DNA from: Synechococcales cyanobacterium PMM_0082
Lineage (GTDB): Bacteria > Cyanobacteriota > Cyanobacteriia > Pseudanabaenales > Pseudanabaenaceae
Length of the DNA stretch: 64,000 nt
Reading direction: 5' to 3'
Assembly (NCBI GenBank): GCA_949127865.1
Contig: CASBQR010000013.1
Coordinates: 1,277-65,276, forward strand
Below are positions 20,020 through 32,047 of this stretch, piece by piece. Every line of letters begins with the position of its first letter. Position 1 is the stretch's first letter. Made by a program: the position numbers and the translations under genes. The notes beneath the pieces are model-generated. The model was not told the DNA's origin and did no database searches. It saw only the letters and a program-made list of their open reading frames with translations.

Positions 20020-20766
20020 ATGAATAACCTACTCAAGCAAACTTTATCTATTTCTGTATTATCAATATTTTTTGGATTAGCAGCGATCGCCGCCCCAGCT
20101 AAAAAACCCTACGGATTAGGAATCCCAATTTCTAGTGGAACTGGAGGGGCAGTTAGATCAATTGCCAATTCTTTATTGATACCCTTAGCTCCAGAAGACG
20201 GAGGTAGAACGGCAACGGAGAGACCTACTTTTTATTGGTATTTACCCAGCAGTAATAATTTCCCTTACAAGGTAATTTTTGAGCTGCGAGATCCCACCGA
20301 TAACAATGGTACAGTCATTTTTAAGGCTGAAGGTATAGCTACAAATGCTGGTTTATATAAACTGACATTGCCTCAGAATTCGCCAGCCTTAAAACCAGAA
20401 AGAGTATATTTATGGCAGTTACGACTAAGGGGCAGTACAGCCAGTAGTAACCTCCAATCAATTGGCTCAATCGTTTTAACAAAAGTAGATGAAGATATGC
20501 AAAAAGCGATCGCCAAGGCATCAACAAATAATCAAAAAGCTCAGGTGTTCAGCGATAACGGCTATTGGTTTGATGCCTTGAATATCTATACAAGTCAAAT
20601 AGATTCAGGATCAAAGGATCAAACAGCTGCTCAAATGAGGGCATCAATGATCAAGGAAGTTTTTAATTCCCCAACTACTGGAAGCCCAGATGAAATAACC
20701 AATGTTACAAACTTGATAGAAAAAATTAACTCTGTGAAAGCAACAGAATTATCAGCATATAAGTAG
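20020..20766 (+). CDS. DUF928 domain protein
   Basis: Signal peptide, GGAVR, LIPLAP...RPTFYWYLP, GYWFDAL. Confidence 0.8.
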   Translation: MNNLLKQTLSISVLSIFFGLAAIAAPAKKPYGLGIPISSGTGGAVRSIANSLLIPLAPEDGGRTATERPTFYWYLPSSNNFPYKVIFELRDPTDNNGTVIFKAEGIATNAGLYKLTLPQNSPALKPERVYLWQLRLRGSTASSNLQSIGSIVLTKVDEDMQKAIAKASTNNQKAQVFSDNGYWFDALNIYTSQIDSGSKDQTAAQMRASMIKEVFNSPTTGSPDEITNVTNLIEKINSVKATELSAYK

Positions 20767-20872
20767 GAGTAGATATCTAAGGGGATAGTATACAAATAAA
20801 GATTAATACTAAATATCTGCATCTAGTACCTACTTTTTCTAGGGAACTTCAAAGAAAATAGCTCCTATGGGG

Positions 20873-21121
20873 CTAAATGCTTTTTTTAGTTCCCCCTCCT
20901 TGATTTCTCAGTCTATAGGTAATCCTACCTTTAGTTAAATCATAGGGGGTAAGCTCCACCTTAACTCGATCCCCTGGTAAGATTTTGATATAATTTCGAC
21001 GAATTTTTCCTGAAATATGCGCTAGAACATTAAAACCGTTATCTAAATCAACCCTAAACATAGCATTAGGCAATGATTCAGTTACCGTACCTTCCATTTC
21101 AATTGAATCTTCTTTAGACAA
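20873..21121 (-). CDS. infA: Translation initiation factor IF-1
   Basis: [23 protein letters not shown]...GRITYR; TTG start. Confidence 0.97.
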   Translation of the reverse strand: MSKEDSIEMEGTVTESLPNAMFRVDLDNGFNVLAHISGKIRRNYIKILPGDRVKVELTPYDLTKGRITYRLRNQGGGTKKSI

Positions 21122-21144
21122 AAAATCTCTCTCCGAATATAAAT

Positions 21145-21726
21145 TTATATTGAGCTTAACTTATCTTGAATATCTTTGGTAACTTCCTCAAGAGTTAGAG
21201 TGCCATCAATAACTATAACCTTCTGACCATAAAAATCCAGTAAAGGTTTTGTTTTGGCATAGTACTCTTGAAGTCTATTTTTAATCACATCCTCAGAATC
21301 ATCGGTACGTCCATCTATTTCTGCCCGAATTTTAAGTCTATCAATTAAAATCTGATCGGGCACTTCCAAATTAATTACATAATCATAGGCTTGAGTTAGT
21401 TCTGCTAGTAAGGTATCAAGAGATTCTGCCTGTCCGACAGTCCTTGGAAACCCATCTAAAAGCCAGCCCAATTTGGTATCAGGTTGGCTTAATCGCGATC
21501 GCATCATTGCCGTAACAATTTCATCAGGAACTAAAGTGCCAGAATCGCTAAAGGCTTTTACTTGAAGACCTAATTCGGTTTGAGCCTTAATCTCAGTACG
21601 AAAAATATCACCTGGGGCAATTCTAGGTATATGCCACAAAGAAGATAGAATTTCGCCTTGTGTACCTTTTCCAGACCCTGGAGGGCCCATTAAAATTACT
21701 CGCAATGCTGATTTAGATTCGATCAT
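21145..21726 (-). CDS. adk: Adenylate kinase
   Basis: [18 protein letters not shown], short LID. Confidence 0.96.
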   Translation of the reverse strand: MIESKSALRVILMGPPGSGKGTQGEILSSLWHIPRIAPGDIFRTEIKAQTELGLQVKAFSDSGTLVPDEIVTAMMRSRLSQPDTKLGWLLDGFPRTVGQAESLDTLLAELTQAYDYVINLEVPDQILIDRLKIRAEIDGRTDDSEDVIKNRLQEYYAKTKPLLDFYGQKVIVIDGTLTLEEVTKDIQDKLSSI

Positions 21727-23027
21727 TGTTTAACCATACCTTCATACTTTTGAGAAATCACGTAGGTTTGGATTTGTTTTGATGTCTCGATCGCCACACC
21801 CACTAAGATTAATAACGAAGTAGCGCCAATCCCACTAAAAGTAGCAACACCAGTAGCTCGCTCTACTGCCGTAGGAATAATAGCTACTGTTCCCAGAAAA
21901 ATTGCCCCTAGAAGAGTTAGGCGATTCAAAACCTTAGTTAAATAAGTCGATGTAGCCGAACCAGGACGAATTCCAGGGACGCTAGAACCCATTTTCTTCA
22001 AATTCTGGGACATATCAACAGGATTTACAATCAAAGAAGAATAAAAATAGCTGAAGCCTAAAATTAGGACTAAATACAGAAATACATATCCCCAAGTGTT
22101 AGGAGCAAGAAAATTTGTCACTGTGGTTACTAGTTCATTACTAGCAAAGGTCTGACCAATAAAAGAAGGAAGAATCAGCACAGAAGAGGCAAAAATAATC
22201 GGCATTACTCCACCTTGATTTAATTTCAAGGGTAAATAGCTGGATTGTTCCCGATATAGCTTACGTCCAACTTGTCTACGAGCAGAAATAATAGGAATTC
22301 TTCTTGTTCCCTCCTGCACAAACACAATGGCTACAATCATCACTAAGAAAATTGCTAAAAGTAAAACAACGCCTCCCACTCTTGAGCTATCAGCTTGAGC
22401 AAGGGCAATTGTACTGCCTAAGGATTTTGGCAGCCCAGCGACGATACTAACAAAGATTAATAGTGAAGCTCCATTTCCCACGCCCCTCTCTGTTACTAGT
22501 TCTCCTGCCCACATTACAAACATAGAACCAGCAGTAAGAGCCAGCATTGTTTCAACTGAGAACCCAAAGCCTGGATCTAAAACTGCACCTGTGCCTTGCA
22601 CCCAAATCGAAATACCAAAACTTTGGAGTAAAGCCCAGCCTAATGCCACGTATCTAGTATATTGAGAAATTTTTCGACGACCAGCTTCCCCCTCGTTTTT
22701 CTGGAGATTTTCTAATGTCGGTAAAGCAGTCGTCATCAATTGCATGATGATAGAAGCATTAATATAAGGAATAATTCCAAGGGCGAATATACCTAAAGCA
22801 GATAATCCACCTCCAGAAAAAATATCTAAGAAATTAATTACAGAGTTATTCTTAACTGCTTCTGCAAAAATTGTTCGATCAATACCAGGAAGGGGAAGGA
22901 AAATACCTAATCGAACTAAAATTAGCATCCCAATAGTTACAAGCAATCGACCACGTAAGCCACTTGCTTGTGCCATTTGCATAAATGTTTCCTTAGCAGA
23001 AGGAGCCTTACCTTTACTAACTACCAT
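21723..23027 (-). CDS. secY: Preprotein translocase SecY
   Basis: FALGIIPYINASII, GVGNGASLLIF, GVMPIIFA, PGIRPG. Confidence 0.98.
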   Translation of the reverse strand: MVVSKGKAPSAKETFMQMAQASGLRGRLLVTIGMLILVRLGIFLPLPGIDRTIFAEAVKNNSVINFLDIFSGGGLSALGIFALGIIPYINASIIMQLMTTALPTLENLQKNEGEAGRRKISQYTRYVALGWALLQSFGISIWVQGTGAVLDPGFGFSVETMLALTAGSMFVMWAGELVTERGVGNGASLLIFVSIVAGLPKSLGSTIALAQADSSRVGGVVLLLAIFLVMIVAIVFVQEGTRRIPIISARRQVGRKLYREQSSYLPLKLNQGGVMPIIFASSVLILPSFIGQTFASNELVTTVTNFLAPNTWGYVFLYLVLILGFSYFYSSLIVNPVDMSQNLKKMGSSVPGIRPGSATSTYLTKVLNRLTLLGAIFLGTVAIIPTAVERATGVATFSGIGATSLLILVGVAIETSKQIQTYVISQKYEGMVKQ

Positions 23028-23109
23028 TATTTATCGACCTCAATATAAAATATAAAGCTAGTATAAAAATTTAAAATAAAAAGAGTAAATTAATTACTCT
23101 CTAATCATA

Positions 23110-23553
23110 CTAGGCTAAAACGCAAGTTCCACCTACGGCTTCAATTTTAGCTTTGGCACTGGCAGAAAAGGCACTGGCATGAACTGTTAAAGGGATGGAG
23201 ATTTCACCTCTACCTAAAATCTTTAAAACGCCATCATTCTGAGTAACAATTCCCAAAGCCATAAGCGAATCAAGTGATACTTCTGAATTTGGCGGAACTG
23301 CAGATAAAGCATCTAAATTAACTAGAGTGTACTCACGTTTATTAATTACCGTAAAATGCTTAAGTTTGGGGATACGTCTATAGAGGGGAATTTGTCCACC
23401 TTCAAATCCTGGTCTTGTAGGTCTACCAGAACGAGACTTTTGACCTCTCATCCCAAACCCACAGCTTGCACCCTGACCAGCCGCAATACCTCTCCCAACT
23501 CTACGTTTACGATGTTGAGAGCCAACTTGGGGTTTTAAATCCTCTAGTTTCAT
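23110..23553 (-). CDS. rplO: 50S ribosomal protein L15
   Basis: [29 protein letters not shown]. Confidence 0.97.
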   Translation of the reverse strand: MKLEDLKPQVGSQHRKRRVGRGIAAGQGASCGFGMRGQKSRSGRPTRPGFEGGQIPLYRRIPKLKHFTVINKREYTLVNLDALSAVPPNSEVSLDSLMALGIVTQNDGVLKILGRGEISIPLTVHASAFSASAKAKIEAVGGTCVLA

Positions 23554-23573
23554 AACTTCCTAAGTATGTAAGT

Positions 23574-24197
23574 CTAAGTGTATAAATTTTCTAATGTTAG
23601 ATCTCTAGCCTTGGCAACTTCGCTAAAAGTACGAAGGGTTGATAAAGCGTTAATAGCAGCTCTAGCATTATTAAGAGGGTTACCAGAACCCAACTGTTTA
23701 GCAAGAATATTTTTAACACCCGCCAGTTCAAGTACTGTTCTTACAGCCCCACCAGCAATTACGCCTGTACCTGAAGATGCTGGACGAATCATAACCTTAG
23801 CGCCGCCACCAACGCCATGGCTAGGATGGGGAATGGAGTTAGATTTAGTAATTGGGACTTCAATTAAATGCTTTTTGCCATCGGCAACACCTTTTTTAAC
23901 AGCACCTATAACATCACTGGCTTTACCAACACCAACACCAACTTGCCCTTTTTCATTGCCAACAATAACGATCGCCCTAAAGCTAAGCTTTTTCCCACCT
24001 TTAACAACTTTAGTTACTCGGCGAATTTGGACTACACGTTCCTGCCATTCCGATTCTTTTTCGGTACGGTTGCGATCATTAGCTTTTTTAGTCTCGCCCC
24101 GTTTACCCTTGCCGCGCTTATCATCACGCCCACTCTCTGGGGTGGCTGCATCACGGGGGCTGCTATTACGACTGTCTTTATTTCTACGTTCTGCCAC
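23574..24197 (-). CDS. rpsE: 30S ribosomal protein S5
   Basis: [23 protein letters not shown]; long charged N-terminal extension. Confidence 0.97.
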   Translation of the reverse strand: MAERRNKDSRNSSPRDAATPESGRDDKRGKGKRGETKKANDRNRTEKESEWQERVVQIRRVTKVVKGGKKLSFRAIVIVGNEKGQVGVGVGKASDVIGAVKKGVADGKKHLIEVPITKSNSIPHPSHGVGGGAKVMIRPASSGTGVIAGGAVRTVLELAGVKNILAKQLGSGNPLNNARAAINALSTLRTFSEVAKARDLTLENLYT

Positions 24198-24237
24198 TTT
24201 CTTTTACCAATTATTTACTACCAAATGATTAAGATCG

Positions 24238-24600
24238 CTAAAATACTAGTCCTGCGGTACGGGCAGCTTCAGCCAATGCTTCTACCCGACCATGATAGAG
24301 ATTCCCGCCGCGATCAAATACAACCTGAGATATGCCTTTGGCGATCGCCCTCTGGGCAATTAATTCTCCCACTTTGGCTGAAGCTTCACAATTCGCTGTA
24401 GAGCTTAAACTAGATTTTAATTCAGCCTCTAAAGATGATGCCGCCACTAAAGTGTGTTGATTAACATCATCAATCACTTGAACTACAATATGGTTATTTG
24501 ATCGAAAAACTGACAACCGAGGACGTTCAGGGGTGCCTGAGAGTTTGCGCCGTATGCGCTTATGTCTACTTTGAGTAGATTGCTTATGACTTGTTTTCAT
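24238..24600 (-). CDS. rplR: 50S ribosomal protein L18
   Basis: [23 protein letters not shown]. Confidence 0.97.
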   Translation of the reverse strand: MKTSHKQSTQSRHKRIRRKLSGTPERPRLSVFRSNNHIVVQVIDDVNQHTLVAASSLEAELKSSLSSTANCEASAKVGELIAQRAIAKGISQVVFDRGGNLYHGRVEALAEAARTAGLVF

Positions 24601-24645
24601 ATAATCAAGATTTTCAAAATTATTATATTAATTTTCTTGGAATGT

Positions 24646-25185
24646 TTACTTCTTACCAGTTTTACCAGCCTTACGACGCACAACTTCACCTGCGTAACGA
24701 ATACCTTTGCCTTTATAAACTTCAGGTGGACGAACAGAACGAATTTGAGCAGCAGTGTTACCTACAATCTCCTTATTGATACCAGCAACAATGACATTGG
24801 TGGTTCCCTCTACTTTAATCTCTATCCCTGGGGGAGGATTAATTTGGACTGGAATGCTATAGCCAACGTTTAAAATTAAGGTACTACCTTGAACTTGGGC
24901 TCGATAGCCAACTCCTTGAATTTCCAGTTTAGTCTGAAATCCTGTTGAAACTCCTTCAATCATATTTGAAACTAAAGTGCGACAAAGTCCATGAAGTTGT
25001 CGGGCTGAACGAGAGTCGTCGCGGCGATTTATGGTTAAAGTTTCACCCTCTTGCTTAATCTCTATTTTTGCAGGTAATGTACGGTGCAACTCTCCCTTTG
25101 CCCCTTTGACGATTACATCTTGACCAGCGATCGTCACTGTAACTTTGGGATGTATATTGATCGGGCGTTTGCCAATCCTAGACAT
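24646..25185 (-). CDS. rplF: 50S ribosomal protein L6
   Basis: MSRIGK, GVGYRA, PEVYKGKGIRY. Confidence 0.97.
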   Translation of the reverse strand: MSRIGKRPINIHPKVTVTIAGQDVIVKGAKGELHRTLPAKIEIKQEGETLTINRRDDSRSARQLHGLCRTLVSNMIEGVSTGFQTKLEIQGVGYRAQVQGSTLILNVGYSIPVQINPPPGIEIKVEGTTNVIVAGINKEIVGNTAAQIRSVRPPEVYKGKGIRYAGEVVRRKAGKTGKK

Positions 25186-25215
25186 AAGTGATACTCCTAA
25201 CTTAACGAATTAAAA

Positions 25216-25617
25216 TTAATAAACAAAGCAGAGTACTTCTCCACCTACACCTTGGCGACGGGCTTCTCTATCAGTCATAATTCCCTTGGACGTAGACACA
25301 ATAGCGATACCGATGCCCCCTAGTACTTTGGGTAAGTCTTTATGATTTGAGTAAACACGTAGTCCAGGACGACTAACTCTCTTTAGCATAGTAATAATAG
25401 GTTGACGATTCTTACCCTTATATTTTAGAGAAACCATCAACCGCCTATCAATACCTTCACCAATTTCTTCAAAATCGGTTATGTAGCCCTCTTGCCTGAG
25501 AACATGGGCAATACTTTGAGTCATTTTAGTAGCAGGAATCGCTGTAACTTGATTCTTAGCGCTATTGGCGTTACGAATTCGAGTGAGCATGTCAGAAATA
25601 GTATCATTAGTTGCCAT
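25216..25617 (-). CDS. rpsH: 30S ribosomal protein S8
   Basis: [36 protein letters not shown]. Confidence 0.97.
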   Translation of the reverse strand: MATNDTISDMLTRIRNANSAKNQVTAIPATKMTQSIAHVLRQEGYITDFEEIGEGIDRRLMVSLKYKGKNRQPIITMLKRVSRPGLRVYSNHKDLPKVLGGIGIAIVSTSKGIMTDREARRQGVGGEVLCFVY

Positions 25618-25626
25618 CTTTACCTC

Positions 25627-26181
25627 CTATTGATCCTTTTGATCTCTAAAGGGCATACCCATAGCTTTAAGCAAAGCGCGCCCTTCTTCATCGGTCTTTG
25701 CTGTAGTGATAATTGAAATATCCAAGCCTCTGACTTGGTCAATACTGTCGTAGCTAATTTCAGGAAAAATTAGTTGTTCACGAATACCCAAGGTATAGTT
25801 GCCTCTACCATCAAAACTTTTAGGACTAACTCCTCTAAAGTCACGAATACGAGGCAATGAAAAGTTAATCAACCGATCCAAAAAAGCATACATACGCTCT
25901 CTTCTCAGTGTTACCATCATTCCTACTGGAACACCTTGCCTGACTTTGAAGCCTGCGATCGCTTTTTTGGCTCTTGTTACTACTGGTTTTTGTCCAGCGA
26001 TCGTCGCAATTTCCACCAACGAAGCTTCTAAAGACTTGGAGTTTTGAGCCGCTTCACCCAAGCCACGATTGATTACTACCTTCTCAAATTTAGGAACTTG
26101 ATGCACATTTACATACTTGAACTGCTCTACCAACTTTGGCACGGCTTGACTGTAATAACTATCTTTGAATCGATTTGACAT
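25627..26181 (-). CDS. rplE: 50S ribosomal protein L5
   Basis: [32 protein letters not shown]. Confidence 0.97.
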   Translation of the reverse strand: MSNRFKDSYYSQAVPKLVEQFKYVNVHQVPKFEKVVINRGLGEAAQNSKSLEASLVEIATIAGQKPVVTRAKKAIAGFKVRQGVPVGMMVTLRRERMYAFLDRLINFSLPRIRDFRGVSPKSFDGRGNYTLGIREQLIFPEISYDSIDQVRGLDISIITTAKTDEEGRALLKAMGMPFRDQKDQ

Positions 26182-26251
26182 TTTCTTAATTAACTAATTT
26201 GGTGAGTACCCTGGTCTTAGTCAGGAACTATAAGCTGCTGTGAATTACTAA

Positions 26252-26611
26252 TTAGCTGAGAACTTCCCCAGTTTTTTTCAGCATTCTGACTTTTTTGCCT
26301 GCTTCGGTAAAGGTATAACAAATGCGACTAGCAGTTTTTTCCTTTTCCGAATAAAGCATTACTTTGGAACTATGAATTGGGAATTCACGAGTAACAATTT
26401 CTCCAGGCTGGGACTCACCTTGAGGTTTTATATGCTTTGTCTTAAGGTTTACCCCTTCGATTAGAACCGTACTAAGTTTTGGGAAAACTGCCAGAACTTT
26501 AGCTACTTTGCCTTTATAGCTACCAGATATAACCTGAACAGTGTCTCCCTTCTTTACATGCATTCTAAAAGAAGTAGAATTTCCTTGATACGATGGTGAT
26601 TTTTGAGACAT
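26252..26611 (-). CDS. rplX: 50S ribosomal protein L24
   Basis: [16 protein letters not shown] motif, PIHSSKV. Confidence 0.96.
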   Translation of the reverse strand: MSQKSPSYQGNSTSFRMHVKKGDTVQVISGSYKGKVAKVLAVFPKLSTVLIEGVNLKTKHIKPQGESQPGEIVTREFPIHSSKVMLYSEKEKTASRICYTFTEAGKKVRMLKKTGEVLS

Positions 26612-26980
26612 TTAGAGAACCTCCGGTGCAAGAGATATGATTTTTGTAAAATTTTTGTCCCTCAACTCCCGTGCCACTGGACCAAATACACGAGTACCTC
26701 TAGGGTTTCCTTCAGCATTTATAATCACTGCGGCGTTATCGTCAAAACGAATACTCATGCCTGAGTCTCTTCTAATTGTGCTTCTGGTGCGAACAACTAC
26801 GGCTCTAACCACATCAGATTTTTTTACAGGCATATTAGGAGTTGCGTCTTTAACAGTTGCAATAATTACATCTCCGACAGCCGCAAACTTACGACTTCCC
26901 CCAGCCATTACGCGGATACAGAGTAGTTTTTTAGCTCCGCTGTTATCGGCTACATTCAAGTAACTTTCTTGTTGAATCAT
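26612..26980 (-). CDS. rplN: 50S ribosomal protein L14
   Basis: [28 protein letters not shown]. Confidence 0.98.
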   Translation of the reverse strand: MIQQESYLNVADNSGAKKLLCIRVMAGGSRKFAAVGDVIIATVKDATPNMPVKKSDVVRAVVVRTRSTIRRDSGMSIRFDDNAAVIINAEGNPRGTRVFGPVARELRDKNFTKIISLAPEVL

Positions 26981-26999
26981 GATCTTTAATCAAATAGGG

Positions 27000-27251
27000 C
27001 TAGAGTTCAGAGATGGAGTTAAGAACAGTTATAACCTGCCAACGTTTAGTTCGGCTAAGTGGTCGAGTTTCTTGAATACGAACACGATCGCCTTCTTGAC
27101 AAGCATTAAGCTCGTCGTGGGCTTTAAACCTTTTAGTTTGGACTACAATTTTTCCATATTTGGCATGGGCTGAGCGATTTTCTACAGCGACAACAACGGT
27201 TTTATCCATTTTGTTGCTAACAACTAATCCAACTTTTTCTTTGATTGCCAT
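27000..27251 (-). CDS. rpsQ: 30S ribosomal protein S17
   Basis: [23 protein letters not shown]. Confidence 0.97.
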   Translation of the reverse strand: MAIKEKVGLVVSNKMDKTVVVAVENRSAHAKYGKIVVQTKRFKAHDELNACQEGDRVRIQETRPLSRTKRWQVITVLNSISEL

Positions 27252-27472
27252 TAATCTTGCCCTCCTGATGCTAAAGCTATTTTACGTTGATTTTCAATAG
27301 TCATTAATTGCCCTAAGCGGTGTTTAGCAGAACCAAACTCGCTAGGCTTGAATGGCTGACGAGTAGCTTTTTTCAATCTCAGGTCAAAAAGTTCTCTTTT
27401 TACGGCTACGATCGCTATAGATATCTCTGGATCAGACATTTCCCGAATTGCAGTAATTTTGGGGAGTGACAT
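27251..27472 (-). CDS. rpmC: 50S ribosomal protein L29
   Basis: [15 protein letters not shown]; position between rplP and rpsQ. Confidence 0.93.
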   Translation of the reverse strand: MSLPKITAIREMSDPEISIAIVAVKRELFDLRLKKATRQPFKPSEFGSAKHRLGQLMTIENQRKIALASGGQD

Positions 27473-27476
27473 TTAT

Positions 27477-27890
27477 TTACTCCTTTTCACGTTTAATGAA
27501 TCTAGTTTTGATAGGCATTTTGGCAGCAGCAAGTCGGAAAGCTTCCTTAGCAATTTCTTCAGTTACACCAGCAACTTCAAACATAATGCGACCAGGCTTA
27601 ACTACACAAACCCAATACTCAGGAGCTCCCTTTCCAGAACCCATCCGAGTGTCAGCAGGACGTTGAGTTATAGACTTATCTGGGAAAATACGTATCCAGA
27701 TCTTGCCGCCTCTGCGGATATAGCGATTCATGGCTCTCCGCCCAGACTCAATTTGTCTAGATGTGATCCAAGCTGGCTCTAGTGCCTGCATTGCGTAGTC
27801 GCCAAAATCAATATCAGTGCCTCTAGTAGCAGGACCTGACATTCTTCCCCGTTGCTGTTTCCGAAATTTAGTACGTTTAGGACTTAACAT
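27477..27890 (-). CDS. rplP: 50S ribosomal protein L16
   Basis: [23 protein letters not shown]; start corrected to ATG 27890. Confidence 0.97.
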   Translation of the reverse strand: MLSPKRTKFRKQQRGRMSGPATRGTDIDFGDYAMQALEPAWITSRQIESGRRAMNRYIRRGGKIWIRIFPDKSITQRPADTRMGSGKGAPEYWVCVVKPGRIMFEVAGVTEEIAKEAFRLAAAKMPIKTRFIKREKE

Positions 27891-27894
27891 AGAC

Positions 27895-28647
27895 TTAACC
27901 CTCAACTCCTGAGCGATCTTCAAATTGTGTGCGACGACGTTGTTGGCGACGACGAGGTTGTTCTTGCTGTAGAGGAGACTCCTCTCTGCCAGCAATAATT
28001 TCTCCCTTAAATACCCAAACTTTAACGCCAATTACTCCATAAATAGTTTGGGCAGTTTTGTAGGAGTAATCGATATCTGCGCGAAGAGTATGTAAGGGCA
28101 CTCGACCTTCTCTTACCCATTCACTACGAGCAATTTCTGCTCCATTGAGGCGACCACCAATTTGGACTTTAATCCCTTCGATACCCGCTCTTTGCGCTCT
28201 TTGAATTGCTTGTCTCACGATGCGGCGGAAGGAAACCCGTTTTTCTAGCTGTTGAGCAATATATTCAGCAATTAAAGGAGCTTCGGAATCAACCTTGCTA
28301 ACTTCGACTACATTAATGCGGATTTGACTAGTTCCAGACTTTTTTAAACTTCCAGAAGCCGTTAAATTATCAAATAATCCTTTACGCAGTTGATCGATAC
28401 CAGTTCCCTGTCTACCAACAACTACGCCAGGTCTAGCGGTACGTATTTCAACATCAGCTTGATCGGCTTTGCGTTCAATTAGTATTCTGGAAATTCCAGC
28501 ACTACTAAGAGTTTTTTCGATATAACGACGAATTTCAAAGTCTTCGGCGGCTAGGGTAGGATAGCGATCGCTGTCTGCAAACCAGTTCGACAAGTGGGGT
28601 TGAATAATTCCTAGTCTAAGACCAGTTGGATGAATCTTTTGTCCCAT
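27895..28647 (-). CDS. rpsC: 30S ribosomal protein S3
   Basis: [39 protein letters not shown]. Confidence 0.97.
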   Translation of the reverse strand: MGQKIHPTGLRLGIIQPHLSNWFADSDRYPTLAAEDFEIRRYIEKTLSSAGISRILIERKADQADVEIRTARPGVVVGRQGTGIDQLRKGLFDNLTASGSLKKSGTSQIRINVVEVSKVDSEAPLIAEYIAQQLEKRVSFRRIVRQAIQRAQRAGIEGIKVQIGGRLNGAEIARSEWVREGRVPLHTLRADIDYSYKTAQTIYGVIGVKVWVFKGEIIAGREESPLQQEQPRRRQQRRRTQFEDRSGVEG

Positions 28648-28649
28648 GG

Positions 28650-29006
28650 TTATGCTTCCTCCATTGGTTTAACTGTAATAGTGATACTACAGGTGGGTTT
28701 AAGAATTTGATATGCTCTGCCTTGAGCTCGGGGTCTAAATCGCTTCAGACTACTGCCCATATCTGCGTATGCCTGACTAACTATTAAATTTGATCGATCA
28801 AAACCGTTATTATGTTCAGCATTGGCTGCTGCTGAGCGTAATAGTTTTAATATTGGCTCACAGGCTCGATAGGGCATAAATTCAAGAATGATCAATGCCT
28901 CTCTATAACTACGCCCACGTATTTGATCAAGTACACGTCTTACCTTGTGGGGAGACATACGGATGAACTTGACAATTGCTGGAATTTCATTTTCAGATAA
29001 AATCAT
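28650..29006 (-). CDS. rplV: 50S ribosomal protein L22
   Basis: [27 protein letters not shown]. Confidence 0.97.
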   Translation of the reverse strand: MILSENEIPAIVKFIRMSPHKVRRVLDQIRGRSYREALIILEFMPYRACEPILKLLRSAAANAEHNNGFDRSNLIVSQAYADMGSSLKRFRPRAQGRAYQILKPTCSITITVKPMEEA

Positions 29007-29012
29007 ATATTT

Positions 29013-29291
29013 CTATCTCCTTGCTTTTTTGTCACCTTTGGCGTGACCACGAAATGTTCGAGTAAAAGAGAATTCACCCAACTTATGCCCAACCATTTGT
29101 TCTGTTACATATACAGGAATATGAATTTTACCGTTATGAACAGCGATCGTATGACCAATCATTTGGGGCAAAATAGTAGAAGCTCTTGACCAAGTTTTGA
29201 TTACTGTCTTTTCGCCTTTAGCATTAAGATTCTCAATTTTAGTGAGAAGACTATCAGCGACAAATGGTCCTTTTTTTAATGAACGAGACAT
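29013..29291 (-). CDS. rpsS: 30S ribosomal protein S19
   Basis: [25 protein letters not shown]. Confidence 0.98.
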   Translation of the reverse strand: MSRSLKKGPFVADSLLTKIENLNAKGEKTVIKTWSRASTILPQMIGHTIAVHNGKIHIPVYVTEQMVGHKLGEFSFTRTFRGHAKGDKKARR

Positions 29292-29339
29292 AAAAATATC
29301 CTCACGCTTTGACTAGAACTAATAAATTTGCTAAAACTA

Positions 29340-30203
29340 TTAAGCATTACGTCCTCCCTTACCACGTTTAGAACCTTTACGACGACGGCGGATGATCAGA
29401 GAACTGCTTAGCTTCTTTTTCTTACGAGTCTTATAGCCTAAAGTAGGTTTTCCCCATGGGGTTACAGGTCCAGGACGACCGATAGGTGCGCAGCCTTCAC
29501 CACCACCATGAGGGTGGTCGACTGGATTCATTGCAGATCCACGAACCATAGGACGGCGGTTTTTCCACCGATTACGTCCCGCCTTCCCTAATGTAAAGTT
29601 ACTTTGGTCAGTATTTCCTACTTGACCAATGGTGGCATAGCATTCTCTTCTGATCATGCGGACTTCACCCGATGAGAGCTTTAAGGTCACAAAGTTGCCT
29701 TCTTTAGCCGCAATTTGGGCTGCGCCACCAGCGGCTCGAATCAACTGACCACCCTTTCCAGGAACCATTTCTACATTATGAACAATCGTTCCTAAGGGAA
29801 TGCAAAATAAAGGAAGAGCATTTCCAACTTCTAAGGGTGAAGATTCACCAGATTGAACTGAGGCTCCTACTGCCAATCCTTTGGGATGTAGAATATATCG
29901 CTTTTCGCCGTCAGCGTAGCTAAGTAAAGCAATACGAGCGTTACGATTTGGATCGTATTCGATCGCTATAACTTCAGCGGTCATATTAACTTTATTACGC
30001 TTGAAATCAATCATGCGGTAAAGTCTTTTATGCCCACCACCACGGCGGCGACTGGTGATTACGCCTCGGTTGTTGCGCCCTTGAGCACGATGGATGTGCT
30101 TAGTTAGAGATTTCTCTGGTTCTGATTTAGTAATTTCGCTAAAGTCAGATACGGTCAGTCCTCTAGTACTTGGGGTATAGGGTTTGTATATGCGAATGCC
30201 CAT
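29340..30203 (-). CDS. rplB: 50S ribosomal protein L2
   Basis: [31 protein letters not shown]. Confidence 0.98.
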   Translation of the reverse strand: MGIRIYKPYTPSTRGLTVSDFSEITKSEPEKSLTKHIHRAQGRNNRGVITSRRRGGGHKRLYRMIDFKRNKVNMTAEVIAIEYDPNRNARIALLSYADGEKRYILHPKGLAVGASVQSGESSPLEVGNALPLFCIPLGTIVHNVEMVPGKGGQLIRAAGGAAQIAAKEGNFVTLKLSSGEVRMIRRECYATIGQVGNTDQSNFTLGKAGRNRWKNRRPMVRGSAMNPVDHPHGGGEGCAPIGRPGPVTPWGKPTLGYKTRKKKKLSSSLIIRRRRKGSKRGKGGRNA

Positions 30204-30214
30204 TTATTTCTTCC

Positions 30215-30532
30215 TTATACGTCTGGGAATAAAGTGATTTTGTCGCCTTCAACAAGAGTAACGATCGCTCTTTTGTATTGAGCGCGTTTGCCAGCAAATT
30301 TACCAACCCGTCTAGCTTTAGCAGGAGGAGTGTGGGTATTAACACCTTTGACTTTCACTGAGAAGAGGGTTTCGATCGCCGCCTTAATTTCAGTTTTATT
30401 AGCATCAGGCATTACGTCAAAGGTATATTGATTATCTTCTAATAAGCGAGTGGCTTTTTCGTTAATCAAAGGACGACGGATTATATCGGGAAGTCTTCTT
30501 TCATCAAAGACTTTTTGCAGCTTTCTACCCAT
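30215..30532 (-). CDS. rplW: 50S ribosomal protein L23
   Basis: [30 protein letters not shown]. Confidence 0.96.
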   Translation of the reverse strand: MGRKLQKVFDERRLPDIIRRPLINEKATRLLEDNQYTFDVMPDANKTEIKAAIETLFSVKVKGVNTHTPPAKARRVGKFAGKRAQYKRAIVTLVEGDKITLFPDV

Positions 30533-31193
30533 TGGTTTCTACCTCTTCTTGTGATTTCTCTGAGACATTGCTTGTATAGACAGAGTTAATCTTGTCTAGG
30601 GCAGGAACGGTAACAATCACTTTGTGAGCGTTGACAATATCAAATACGTTCAATTGATCCGCCGTGATTAGAACTAAATTCCTGACATTACGAGCAGATA
30701 GCTCAATATTTTCATATTTGCGATCAGTAATGATCAGGGTTTTTTTTCTGGATTCAATTCCCCAACGCGTTAAGGCAGCTACTAGGTCTTTAGTTCTTGG
30801 AGTTGCCAACTGACTGTTGAAGTCTTCCACAACGATCATGTCATTTACTCGTCCAGCCAAAGCTGTGGATAGAGCCAGTCTTCTTTCTTTGCGGTTCATT
30901 TTGATATCAAAGTCCCTAGGCTTAGGTCCAAAAATGACACCACCACCTCTCCACAAAGGCGATCGGTTTGAACCAGCTCTGGCTCTACCTGTACCTTTTT
31001 GCTTCCAAGGCTTGCGACCTCCTCCTCGTACTTCGGCACGAGTTTTGGTGCAGGCATTTCCTTGACGTTGGTTATTTAGCTGCCTGATTACAGCTCTATG
31101 TACAATACTATTAGCTGTTGATTCTTTGGCTGTTTTAACGTCTAAGTTAACTTCGCCAGTTTTATTGCCTTCCCAATCTTGTAGTGTAATCAT
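30525..31193 (-). CDS. rplD: 50S ribosomal protein L4
   Basis: [37 protein letters not shown]. Confidence 0.97.
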   Translation of the reverse strand: MITLQDWEGNKTGEVNLDVKTAKESTANSIVHRAVIRQLNNQRQGNACTKTRAEVRGGGRKPWKQKGTGRARAGSNRSPLWRGGGVIFGPKPRDFDIKMNRKERRLALSTALAGRVNDMIVVEDFNSQLATPRTKDLVAALTRWGIESRKKTLIITDRKYENIELSARNVRNLVLITADQLNVFDIVNAHKVIVTVPALDKINSVYTSNVSEKSQEEVETNG

Positions 31194-31196
31194 TTC

Positions 31197-31844
31197 TTAT
31201 TTCTCCTTGGTCTTGCCTACAATTTTTGCAGGGACGATATTAACTATTGCTCCAGGTTTTCCAGGTAATGCGCCTTTAATTAGGAGAAGGTTATTTTCAG
31301 TATCAACTTGAAATAAAATTAACTTTTTAGTTGTAATCTGCTTGCCGCCAAGTCTACCTGCCATACGCTTACCAGGATATACTCTTCCAGGAGTAGTACC
31401 TGCTCCAATAGAACCAGGGGAGCGGTGGTTTTTAGAGCCGTGAGCCATAGGACCACGCTTGAAATTATGACGTTTTTGGTAGCCTGCAAATCCTTTACCA
31501 ATGCTGGTACCAGTTACATCTACTACCTGACCATCTGAAAACTGACTGACATCAAGATCTTGCCCAAGTTGATAGCTAGAAGTATCTGAAACTCTATATT
31601 CTTGTAGGTGCTTAACAGGTGAGCATTCGGACTTTTTAAGGTGTCCTAACTCTGGCTTTGAAAGAAGCTTTACTCTGGTTTCTCCATAGCCAATTTGAAT
31701 GGCACTATAGCCTTCTTTGCTAGGAGTTTTGACTTGTGTAATTTTGCAAGGACCAGCTTGAACGACTGTAATCGGAACAGCGTTGCCATTGCCGTCAAAG
31801 ACTTGGGTCATACCAAGTTTTGTACCAAGAATACCAACAGACAT
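31197..31844 (-). CDS. rplC: 50S ribosomal protein L3
   Basis: [28 protein letters not shown]. Confidence 0.98.
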   Translation of the reverse strand: MSVGILGTKLGMTQVFDGNGNAVPITVVQAGPCKITQVKTPSKEGYSAIQIGYGETRVKLLSKPELGHLKKSECSPVKHLQEYRVSDTSSYQLGQDLDVSQFSDGQVVDVTGTSIGKGFAGYQKRHNFKRGPMAHGSKNHRSPGSIGAGTTPGRVYPGKRMAGRLGGKQITTKKLILFQVDTENNLLLIKGALPGKPGAIVNIVPAKIVGKTKEK

Positions 31845-32047
31845 GAAAATAATCCTCTTACTTCAATGTGAAGATGAATGTAGAACTTTCTGATGTGATG
31901 TGCAGGACCTCAATTAAAGAAAAACTTTAATGAAGCCTAGTTTCAGAAACTTATATGTGATGAGGTAGGGATGTGATTTACTACTCACTTGACGGGACTT
32001 AAAAGCTTTTGCTTCCAGTATCCTTTTTCGCACGGAAATTAATAGTA
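31845..32047 (-). promoter_or_regulatory. Structured 5' leader and putative -10 box (TACTAT) of the rplC operon
   Basis: Minus strand: TACTAT at 32047-32042, hairpin gga-tac-tggaagc/gctttta-ag-tcc (32023-31995), long stem tttctga...tcagaaa enclosing cttcattaaag/ctttaattgagg, GAGGA SD-like site before ATG. Confidence 0.45.

Noticed and set aside
23578-24401. Long plus-strand ORFs (216 and 177 aa) opposite rpsE/rplR
   Set aside because: Antisense shadows of conserved ribosomal genes with no recognisable motifs.
27891-28031. Predicted N-terminal extension of L16
   Set aside because: Overlaps rpsC; the canonical start MLSPKRTK is at 27890.
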